A stretch of DNA of 56,174 bases, counting the filler. It is 7 parts of 7 records of this genome, joined end to end, with 100 filler letters (N's around TTAATTAATTAA, not from the genome) between each part and the next. Parts side by side here need not be neighbours in the genome. Positions count along the whole stretch, not along the records: positions 22,225 to 30,471 come from SRR2962707_5596; positions 30,572 to 43,943 come from SRR2962707_5598; 5 more parts are not named here. One strand, 5' to 3'. The translations under genes and the position numbers were made by a program. Below are positions 22,497-33,324 of the stretch, one piece after another (positions within the stretch are counted from its first letter, which is position 1; every line of letters begins with the position of its first letter). The notes beneath the pieces were generated by a model. It saw only the letters and a program-made list of their open reading frames with translations, was not told where the DNA came from and ran no database searches.

Positions 22497-25400
22497 ATGC
22501 ACCGACAGGGGGCGCTTCTTGATGTGCCCTCGAAGCCACGGCGCGCTGCGCCGAGGCTGGGGCTGTCGTCGCAACACCAGAGCCACCGGCCCCAGTACCA
22601 TCGCCACGTCCAGCATGCAAATGGCGGTTATGTTGCCGAAAGTCCAGGATACGACGACGCGTGGCTTGTGCAGCGTGCACTCGCAGGCATCGATGATCTT
22701 TCGGGAACTTACGCGGTGGGGGCACCTGGTCATGTCGCTGCCAATGGTACCGACAGTACAGCCAATGGCAGATGGCAAGTTGCCGATGCAAATGGTACAC
22801 AGCCTCGAAACACAAGCATGGTCGAAGCGCAGGTGCCTTTGAGTATGGACGACATTCAAGAGGCCATTGCCCAAGTGGACACGCAGCACAGCGCAGTGCG
22901 CACGCAGGCAATGGACCTTCTGCAACGCCGCGAGTACGCCAGCGCCATGCAGCTCATGGCACAACTCGACCACCTACAGTACTCTGCCACACGCTTGCGC
23001 AGCACTTTCCATGACAAAAAAATGATGCGTCTTCATGATGCGGTGTTGCGACAGCACATTCAGGAGTTTCGTGTTGACAAAATTGACGAACTTCGCGAAG
23101 CCATTGCTTCGGCAATGGATTGCTATCTGGCGCACGAGGGAGGGATTGCGCAAAGCGCTGCGTTAGGCAACGCTGCAAGTGCCACTGGTCAAAATTCAAC
23201 GCTGGAAATTGCGTTTTCACGACTTCAGCAATACGAGGCCACTCTGGGACGTTTTCATCGACTGTTATCGCACCGCATGACTCAAGTCTTAACGACGGCC
23301 GTGGCCGCTCCGGTACAAGCTCGACTGCATGCTGAGCATTTGCTTACCACAGTGCGTGCTGCGGCGACACAGGGGCTTAGCGAAGTTCAAGTCTTTAATT
23401 GTCTCGATTGTCGCACGACCTCGATCCCAGATGAACTGCGACGGCGAATGCTTCAGGTCCTGTCGCGGCCTCGCAATGTCCGTGCCATGCACAGTAGCCT
23501 TGGGGCGTCGCCTGCCCACTCTGCTGGAGATGGTATCCAGCGCCCCGGGCGCCTTGCCCGGCACCGTGGACAATTTCCGCGAGACCAGCACACCATGTTT
23601 GATACGAATGTCAGCGGCATCGGCCAGTCTCACAACAATCAAGCGAATGATGATGAAATAGACTTCGGTGATGACACTAAGATTTTTGCCCCACCTGGTA
23701 GCAATACTCTAAACCTTGCTGCTGTCATGAAAGGCCGCGCTGGTCGTCGTGAGCAGCGGCAACGCCTTCGCTCGGCTTTGGCGTTTATGCGGCAGCTGTG
23801 CGAAGTACGTCGTTCTCGTGTATTTGACCCTGTACAAAGTTTGCTTGTTGGGCAACTTGAGGCTTTGCCTAATCGCGGCTTTGGCTTTGCTCGTGGACTC
23901 ACATTTGCTTTTAGGTTTCCGAGTGCGATCTCCCTCGACGAATGGGCATCCGCGACCCAGTGCAATCTGCTTCATCGCTGTCCCTGCAACAGCATCACTT
24001 TTCAGTGTCTACCATCGATGGTGGGTTCATCGTATGCGTACCGCCGGGAGCGTCGTGCGAGGCCGTTTTTGAAATTGAACGAGCCACGCCTCCAGCACCG
24101 TATTTTACGGTCACTCTCCGTGACTCACATTGGCTCCGGCACTCGCCACATGCTGGCGCCAATTTTGTGCTGGCCGCTCTGTGCGTTCACGATGTTGAAG
24201 GATTTTTTTACGGTCATGAGAGCCACGTTCCCCGTGCTACTCTGAAACTTGTCCATGCACAACTTGGAAAATGGGTAAGATTCAGCGAATGATTCGATCA
24301 CAGTTTTGGCAAGCCACCATTTGATCACCATTGCACCCGGCTGCATTGTTTTTTATTTGACCACTTTCGGATTCCACATTGTGATCGTTGTGAAGGTTGA
24401 CCCGGCGCACGTGTTCCACAAGGGCAACTCCCGTGTGGAACTTGGACATGGGCGTGTGCCTGCTGGCTCGCGAACATTGAACAATGATGCACTTCCGTTT
24501 TTACGCGTGCTGTTGCTTCTGAACTCTGAAACGTGGAGTAAAATAGTGGGTTTCCAAGCGTCACCTCCAAACGTTGCTCCTCGCAATCTGCCGCGCAGTA
24601 ATGCATGGAAAATTGAAAGTCAATCTTTGTTGGGCAGCACGGTTCAAAGCAACGAAGCTGGTGATGCCACGCTTGCTGACGTGAGTCCTAAAAACCGTCG
24701 GCAAGCACGCCAGGCAGTTCATATGGCAATGGGGGCACTTGCAGCAGCAGGAGTAAACAAGGCCACACCACTTGCTGTACGGAAGATTGTGAGCCGATCT
24801 CCATGCTTTCCGTGCATGACAACGTCGCAGTGGAACCGGTTCATCCGAGCTTGCATCGACGAGGCAGGCCCAATGCTTGGCTCGGTTGTCCCATCACCGG
24901 AAGGGGGCGAGACTGCAACTTCGCTGGTTGTTTCCGTTGTGGACAACCACGGTGCAACGCAGCAACAAACTTCCGAAGATCAGCCACCTGCGCCAAAGGT
25001 CGTCCCGCCGATATCCGAGAATGCTGTCGATAAAAGAAAGTCTTCAGGAGATGCCACACATTCACCCACGTTCTCCCCGGCAACGCGTTCTGAAGGCGGT
25101 TCGTTGCAATCTTCAATTACTTCGCCGTCGACAGTTGTGCCAATTCACATTGATTCGCAAGATGCTGAAGCCACAGGAGACGTTTCATTGGAAGATGAAG
25201 TGACCACTGACCCGTTGGCCGAGACGCGGGAATCGGCTTCCGCAAGTCCAAACAGCTTGCAGCAGAGTGGCGCTGGCAGCGGCAGCCGTACGCCCACAGA
25301 CGAGCCAATGGTGCTTCCCGGGCTGGTTACAGGACTTCGACTGAGCATAACAGAGCGAGCACCTCAACACGCCGCACTCGATCGCGCCCTCTCTGTCGCG

Positions 25401-28400
25401 CAAGCTGAAACTGAGGATATTGATCTTGACGATATTGATGTCGCAGCGTTAGAAAGCCGATTGCGTGCTGTCAAAAAAGAGCTTCAAGACGCCCACGAGC
25501 TTAACTTTGTCGATGAAATCGAGGACTTGACGTGGGAGCGCGACAAGCTGGTAGAGCAAATTCAGGTACGCCTATGTTGCTTTACGATTTTTGTCAGCGT
25601 GCTTTGTTGGCAGTCGAAATAGCAACGCTGCGGCACGCACATGATCTTTGTAACACTTCACATCAGGTGGCCCGAGAAAATGGATTTGTAGCAAGCCCCC
25701 AGTCCACATCCGTGTCGATGGTCGACCTCATTCAGGCCGCGGCTGCGGAAAAAGCTTTAGAAGACAAGCGCGAAGCATACCGCGAGCGTCGGCGCGTCAC
25801 GAAGCACAAGCGGGAAGAGTCGAAGGAGACTTTCCCAACCATGGTTGAGCGTCGAGGGCCGATGCCACAAGGCTCAGCTTCACGTGACCGCCCCACCGAA
25901 AACGACGACGCTGTGGTGCCGGAAACAAAGCAAAGCGCCCCAATGTTGCCAAAAGCACCTGAAAGCCCTCGTGATCACACGGCTGGCCCAGTTGTGAGTG
26001 TTGGTGATGGTGCTGGCGATACATTTGGGAAATCGAGTACTCAAATATCGCGTGCACATGCTGCGAGCCGAGGTTCGCCTCGCAGACGCAAGAGCACTGT
26101 TGGTGCTGGTACAAACCTGGCAAGGCAGCAACGCAAGCATATTCTAGACAAGCTCCGTGACAACCCAGTCGTGATGGAAAAGCTGCGCAGCAACGGTCCA
26201 GACAACAGTGCTGACACTCCCGTGCTTCCAGCAGGGACGAGCAATGTTGATGATGACAATGCCATCAAGGACGACGGTGTCATTTCTGGCTTTTCTGCCG
26301 AAAGTAAAACTCCTTCAAAATTTGCTGCAGTTGATGATGACGGTCAAAACGAAGCCTCGCTTGAGATTTCATTGGCCGAAACGGAACCGCAGGAAACAAC
26401 GAAAGCAGCCAAAGAAGACTCTGAAGACAGTCGCACTCGAGTGTCAGCTTCAGCTCGGCAGCCGACGCCGGTAACGCTTGAAGAAGCGATGTCGAGGCAA
26501 GTCTTGTGTCTTATTTCCGTCGAAAACAATACTGCAGCACCTGTTTGTGACGCCAATTTTTGACACTGCACGCTCTGTGGTGTATTGTTGCTTTCTGATA
26601 GTCCTTTGCAGCAGGCAAAACCGGCGCGGCGCTCGTCCAGTCTTTTGTCGGATGAAAGCTTTCCTGATGATTTGGGAATCCCAGCTTTTCCTTCGTCCCC
26701 TCGAGACTCCGACGTTGAAGACGAGGACGGGGACAAAAATGGCAACAACGGTTCTGGTCGCAGCCATGCGCGGCAGCAAATTGACCAATCGTCACCCCGG
26801 CGACGTTCGCCAACTGACTTGGCGCACCGTGTTGGTCGTGTTCGCTCAATGCATTCCCTGAGCCCTGAACCACTTGCGGCGGATGTCGAAGGCGCGAACG
26901 ATGCCACACTAAATGACGGTATTCCAGAGTTGCACCCTCATGTGACTTTTATGCCTGCTCCAAGCGTTCATGACTACAAGCGAGGTAGCCTGTTCAGTTC
27001 GAAGTGCAAGACCTGTGGCGAGGCTTCAGCGAAAGCCTGTGCCGCAAAACAAGAGACAGCTCTGATGATGGTAAGCTTTTCTGCACAAGCAGTGCGTTTT
27101 AATCCCTTGCAGCCATGGCAAGGCGGCACGGGAAACTATTTTTGTTGTTTTTGTTGCTATTTACTGGTTGCACCGCGAACTCCCTTCGCGTCGCACTTGA
27201 TCTCGACTTGCTGTCGACCAGGTCAAAGTTGAAAATGAGAGCCGTGCCAAAGCTTGCATCAAGGATGCCATTCCCAAGCTCAAGCGCCGCAGCAACCATC
27301 GCGCATTTTTGGCGCTGCTTTCGAGCTGTTCGGCATGGCTTTCGGACAAGCACCCCTCTATGATAATTGCACGCAAAGCTTTTAATGACACACAGGCGTA
27401 TTCTCCGTCAGGATCTCGGTCAGTGTCTGCGTCTCCCACGGGGGAGGCAGCAGGTTCGAGTCGTCGCCAACGCGCGGCGTCGCGTTCTTTGTCGCGGCCG
27501 AAATCCGAATCCTATTCCGCGACTCGGAAGCGCGGTGGCTCTAGTCCTTCGTCGTCTCCCATCCTTGCTGGGGCATCCGTGGCGGACGACAGTACCGTCG
27601 AGCAAGAGACAGCGCCGCCTCTCTCCATCGGACAATCTCTGACATCTCGAAAGCGGGTGGACACTCCGGCATACCCTCAGTCGCCTGGCGTTCCAAGTTT
27701 GCGCAAGAATCCTGCTGTTGAAGAAAATGCCCACCAGCAGTCACCATCAAGGTCTCCATCGCCTAGCGGTGGACCTAGTGCAGCTAGCGATGGCGGCAGG
27801 AAGTCTCGAGCGTCCTCGGTGGGTACTGCATCGTCCTATCATCAAAAATTCATGGGTGCAAAAGCCTTTGTCACATTTTGCGCATGTTGTTTTTTCAGTT
27901 TGCTGAAATGGATCCAGACGCGGCGGCTGCCATTGCGGAAACGCGACGACGAATGAGCATGCGCAGCATGCGACGACAAAGACGTCCAACGGCACGGTCA
28001 GGGGATATTGCTGCCGCATCGGAGACTAGTGTCATGGAAAAGGTTTGTTTCATTGCTTTGGAGACAATTAGCTCGCCAGCGCCAAGTATCCTCACTACGC
28101 ATGTGCGGATGCTGTTTTTGCCTTTGTTAAAGGAGAACAAACTTCGGCGTCAGCTTAAAAATGCTGGAATAAATTCCACACCCTTTGGCCACGCCATCAA
28201 ACCTGCCGAATCTTTACAGTCCGGTGAAATTGACGGCGTTGCTGATGCCGTTCTTGGCACAGCAAGCGAATACCCCCAGAACACCGCCACCAACGCCGAC
28301 GTTGCTGCAGCAGCGATTGCTGCGGAGACTACCAAAAACGAGGATAGCAACGCCGGCAATGCTCTCGACATGGGCAACGATGATGCTGCCCGGGCCGCCG

Positions 28401-29447
28401 CGGCAGACCGGCGATTAGCCGAGAAAGAGGCGGCAGAGCGTGCCCGCCGCAGCGAGCAAGAAAAGGCAGAAGCAGCACTGCGAGCCGAAGAGAATGAAGC
28501 ACGGCGAGAACAAAACGAGAAAGAGGAACGTGAAGCGAAGGCCGAGGCCGAACAAATGGCAGCGCGCGCTGCAGCCATTCGAGAAAAGCGGGCGGCACAA
28601 GCAGCGGCGAAAGCGGCGGCAACGGCAACGGTGAGTGCCGAAACCACGACAGGCACAACAGCAGTGCAGGTGCAAGTGCCGACTCCTGATGCAACTCAAG
28701 TCGCAGTTGTTGAAAATCCAAGTACTTCTGGTGGAGCTGGCAATGTATCCAATGACCCGCCAGCTGCCCCAAGCACTGGTGCAGCACCCGATGCGCAGAC
28801 TGATCCTGCTGGTACCGATGCTGCTGCGGCTTCAGATCCGGTTGGTGCTGCCCCCGCGGCGAGTCCTGTGCCGACGGCGGACTCACAAACGCAAGATCTT
28901 TGGTTAACCACAGCTTTAACGGTATTCCCAGACTGGGACCGCGCTGGTCTTGAGCGTTTTCGAGCTGCAGGGTGGACGCTGCAGGGCCTAGTCGACTACA
29001 GACGTAGTAATGATCCGAGCTGGCTTGTGCCGCCGGCCGCCGACACCGCACTAATTGCCAGCAATGGGGTGCCAAGTGGAGCTGAGACTACCGGTAGCAC
29101 TGGCAGTCCTATTATTTCTGCTGCCTCACCCGCGGCTGCACCTGGGGCAGGTGTCTCCATGGATTTGAGTGACCCAGGAGACCTCTCTGCGTGGGTCGAA
29201 AAGTGCGCTACCGTTTTTCCGGTCCGTATCCGCCAGTCGATAGTGAAGGTTTCATCCATCAAGCCTTCTTGTAGCAAATGCACATTTCTCATATCTCGCA
29301 TGCTCCTGTTTTCTGTGTACGGACGTGCTGCGCTAGGACTGGGATAAGTCCAACCTCCACACTTTCCGCACTGCAGGGTGGACAATCGCTGCGCTGGTCG
29401 ACCATCGACGTTCATCTGACCCGTCGTGGCAAATTGGCAGCCGTTAG
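22497..29447 (+). CDS. Large multi-exon protein of unknown function; largely disordered/coiled-coil, with a duplicated C-terminal W-rich domain
   Basis: Successive long + ORFs join through GT-AG introns (e.g. about 23805-23913, 24275-24395, 25566-25666, 29222-29336). The last exon restores a second copy of a ~41-aa module and ends at TAG 29445-29447. Confidence 0.72.
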
Positions 29448-29561
29448 CGACGCCCGAAGCTCGTATTGCTCCGGCTGTGCGTTTTTCCTAAACGGTTATT
29501 TATTGTTATTATTAATAATTGTTTTTGCCGCTGAGCGGTGGGTTGCTGCGGCTCTGGGTCA

Positions 29562-30212
29562 TCACGGATCAGTGTGCTGCGTGATGTGCCAGTTGGACGC
29601 CACCAGGTCTGTAAGGTTGTTCTCCTTCAGCCATGCGCCATAATCGAAATTAATCGGCGGGGCAGAGGAGTTGAACGGCACGAACTCTTGCTTCGCGGCC
29701 TGCCGGAACACAAATTGGCCGTAGCGGTGGCTGCCGGCTGGTGGTGACGGGCCACGAAATGCAGCCACCTCGTCAGAACCCTCCCCCAGGGTGCCAATCG
29801 CCAGGTCGGACCCCAACACATTCGCTTGAATCCAATGCCGCACAGGTGCGTGCTGTCCTGGCGCGTCGATCTCCGGGAAAGAACCGTTCACATCCGCGTC
29901 CGGGTCGACCATCAAGATCGTGTAGTAGCTTCCCGCCTCCGCGTCAGGGAGCACGACGATCGGGGCCACGTTGATGGATCCACCTCCGATATCTTTTTCC
30001 AGGAACAGATTGCCACACTCCACCGCACCCGAGTAGTGGACGACGTTGGTGTAGTCCACGACGAGCGCTGGGTGAGTGCACTTGAAGGGAAGCGCGTCCC
30101 AGGAGCACCCGCCGTCAAAAGTGCAGGCTGGCGTGCCAGCAGCACGAGCAAAACAGCTACTACTGCCAAGAGCGGCGGCTGACGCCAGCGTAGGGACGAT
30201 GAGTCGGTTCAT
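29562..30212 (-). CDS. Phosphatidylethanolamine-binding protein (PEBP/RKIP family), predicted secreted, intronless
   Basis: YYTILMVDPDAD, VRHWIQANV, FRGPSPPAGSHRYGQFVFRQ; hydrophobic signal-peptide-like N-terminus. Confidence 0.93.
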   Translation of the reverse strand: MNRLIVPTLASAAALGSSSCFARAAGTPACTFDGGCSWDALPFKCTHPALVVDYTNVVHYSGAVECGNLFLEKDIGGGSINVAPIVVLPDAEAGSYYTILMVDPDADVNGSFPEIDAPGQHAPVRHWIQANVLGSDLAIGTLGEGSDEVAAFRGPSPPAGSHRYGQFVFRQAAKQEFVPFNSSAPPINFDYGAWLKENNLTDLVASNWHITQHTDP

Positions 30213-30424
30213 CTTTTCGGTTTTGCCGCGCTGTTGCTGGTGCTTGGGAATTAATTATCGAAAAAAAATGAATGCCAAAAAGTAGAGCGAAGCATCTACG
30301 TTCTGCTCGACAACAAGGGAAGAGACCAAGCGAACGGGTGTGCAGACAACCACCGTTCCTTCCTGCCTTTCTTTGGGCGGAAGCTTTGCGCTGGCGGGCC
30401 TGTGTAAGGGAGCCAGAGTGTTGG

Positions 30425-30471
30425 AAGTGAGTGAGAGTTTTGTCTTCGTGAGTGAGTGAGTGAGTGAGTGA
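30425..30471. repeat. (GTGA)n microsatellite at contig end
   Basis: GTGAGTGAGTGA run seen directly. Confidence 0.9.
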
Positions 30472-30571
30472 NNNNNNNNNNNNNNNNNNNNNNNNNNNNN
30501 NNNNNNNNNNNNNNNTTAATTAATTAANNNNNNNNNNNNNNNNNNNNNNNNNNNNNNNNNNNNNNNNNNNN
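30472..30571. other. Artificial contig-joining spacer
   Basis: 44 N + TTAATTAATTAA + 44 N. Confidence 0.99.
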
Positions 30572-30886
30572 TCTCTCTCTCTCTCGCTGCTCTCTCTCTC
30601 TGGCTCTGCCTCTGTCTTATAAGTAGGTCCAACATGGTTTCGTTTGCTCCAACAAACGTGACTGCGTTTTTGAAAAGTTTCGAAAGGTGACTTTTACGTC
30701 CTGGAGCGTCGGCATTGACGGGCAGTTCAATTGCTCGATCTGCTGTCAGCGCTCGTCACCTCCCTGTTTTTTTATTGGCCCTTCTTTTTCTTTCTCTCAT
30801 CTCCGTCTGTTTGTCTGCCGATCTATCTGTCTCTGTTATTTGAGAAATTTCCTTCGTGCGGATTGACTTTTTCATGACGAGCGGTG

Positions 30887-32903
30887 ATGGTGAAAGTAGC
30901 ACCGCTTCAGCGACCGGATTCAAGCACGGGAGCTGGGCCTTTTTCGTCCGTGAGCGGAGGAGGCGATGCCATAAGCAACGACAACGAAGTTGATGAAGCA
31001 GCCGATGCTGATGATTCGGCTGGAGAGGAGGAGCTTCTCCTACCTCCACTTCCGTCCATCAACCCTCATACGGGCAAGAAGAAGATCAGGAAAAATCTCA
31101 TGGACATCTACGCGGTTGTTCGCTTTGAAGGAGAGCCAGCTTTCGCGGGTCGACGGACTTCGACAATCAAACATGCAGGCAGGAATCACATCGTGGCTGG
31201 TGCGGACGAACTCCAGAAGCAAACAATTCGAGTGCCTGCGCATGTGATTGGTAGTGGCCAAGCAACGATCAGTGTGTTCGATGATGATTTCTTCAGTGGC
31301 GATGATCTCATTGGCAGTTGGACAGGGAATCTGGTCCATATTTTGAAAGACGACTGCGACCTTCCGCGGTCGAGGTGGAAGCGCAATGATGACGGCAGTG
31401 TGGTGTTTCGCTTTGACTTATCGCATGGACCAAATGCTGCGAAAGCTGGCAAAGTGGATGTCACTATTTCTCGAGAAAACTCCGAGCACCGTGATGTGAG
31501 CGATGGCCAAGACACGGGAGCAAAAACGGCAGCATCAAAGGCGAAATCCCGCCCAGGGGCTCTGGTGCTGACTTTCAAGAAATTTGTCGCCCTTCGAGAC
31601 GTCGCGGCAATCACCAACTTCCACAACAACATTGACCTTGCACCGCTATTTTACTCGAGCATTGCTTTATTTGTGTATTACACAATTGGGGTGCTGTTCT
31701 ATAGCCAGGTGCCCCGGACACTTCGCACAAATACCACATCCATTGCCACTGACTATTCATGTAGTGGGGGCACCTTGGCTAGTACATTTCGTGAAGTGGC
31801 GTCCAGTTCGCCGACGGATGATATGCTCGCATCGTGCGATCAGAGCTTGTTCACCGCCAGCAACGAATCGGCTGCTTGCTCTGGCTTTGCTGATGCATTT
31901 TACTTCACCACGGCCACCTTAACGACAGTGGGCTATGGAGATATGAGCCCGAAGGGGGCCGACCCAGGAAATGTGTTGTTTGCCGCAATTTTCGCTTTTG
32001 TTGGGGTAGCATTCATTGGTGTGGGCCTGGGCGTGATAGCAGGATTTGTCATGGACAAACAAGCAGCAGCTTCTCAGGCTTTGAAAGAATCAGGAGGTTC
32101 TCCACAGAAAACTGCTGTAAGAAAGCGTTGCGAAAAACAGTTTGCGTGCTGTTTTTCAAATAGCGGGCAGGCAATTTGCAAAGCCTTGGCAGCGATGATA
32201 GTAGCCCTTGTCGTTGGTATGATATTTTACTACATTGAACTCGTGTGGGGGCAGGGAATTGACCCCACTGAGCTCGCACAGCATTCTGAACACCCTGAGA
32301 GCATGTTCGTAAAGGTTCTTTATTTTGCAACCATCACGAGCACAACAATTGGGTGCGTCACATGAGACTTTGATTGTGACTGAATTGCCCGGCCTTGGTA
32401 CCGTCGCTTGTGTCGAGTCCCTAGCCCCCGAGTATAACGGTTTCCTTTTCTTGCTTTTTGTGGCTAGATATGGCGACGAAGCGCCAAGATCTATTGCCGG
32501 CAGGCTTGTGGGGTCGATATACATGCTCTTTGCAGTGACCGTGTTTGGGTTTGCACTGTCCTCTTTGGCAGACATTCCGCTCGAAAAGCGGCGCTTAAAG
32601 TTGGAGGAGAAAGTCACAACACAGTACGGAAGCAGCCTGTCCCCTGTGGAACTCACCAATATATTGCGAAGCGCGAACCCGCAGGCTGTGAACGATGCAG
32701 AACTTGACAGTGTTGCAAAAGCGGAATTCGTTGTGGCAATGCTGCTCAAGCTCAACAAATTAAAACCCGACCAGATTGCCATGATTGAAGAACAATTTCA
32801 TCGCCTTGATGTGAATCGAAGCGGCTCGCTGACAATCGAAGATGTCACTGAGATTACACCCAACTTCGAAGACATGTCGTCCAGCAGCAGTGATGCTGAG
32901 TGA
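30887..32903 (+). CDS. Two-pore-domain K+ channel (TPK/K2P-like) with N-terminal C2 domain and C-terminal EF-hand; 2 exons
   Basis: Pore 1 FYFTTATLTTVGYGDMSP. Pore 2 LYFATITSTTIG|YGDEAP is split by intron 32353-32467. EF-hand QFHRLDVNRSGSLTIED. C2-like MDIYAVV...TISVFDDDFFSGDDLIG. Confidence 0.9.
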
Positions 32904-33324
32904 ACAGCAATGATTGGCGTATCGAAACGTCGTGGTCTGCTGTGTGTGTGTGCGCGCGTGTGTGTGGTATTGTAAAATTTGACTTCATTCATCTTACAGC
33001 CTAGCTTACTATTGAAAAGCCCTCAGGCTGGAGTGGCTGTGTGTTTGTGTCCAGTTCATGACTTCAACAACGCTTCCTGATAAAATGAGGGTGCGAACCT
33101 GAGAATGGGTGTGATTAGACCACTGGACACCGCGGCGAGGGCCTCTTTAGGCGTTGCCAAAGGGTGCTAAACACTTGAGACCACAACGCCACAGCACTCA
33201 TTCCAGTGGCACACGGGCTTCAGCAATCAACTTTCATGATGCAATTGAGTTAGAATTTGTGAGTTTTGTTTTGACACAAAAGTTCCATGTACCGAGCTCC
33301 AGGTTGTTCCAAAAGTACCAGTGG

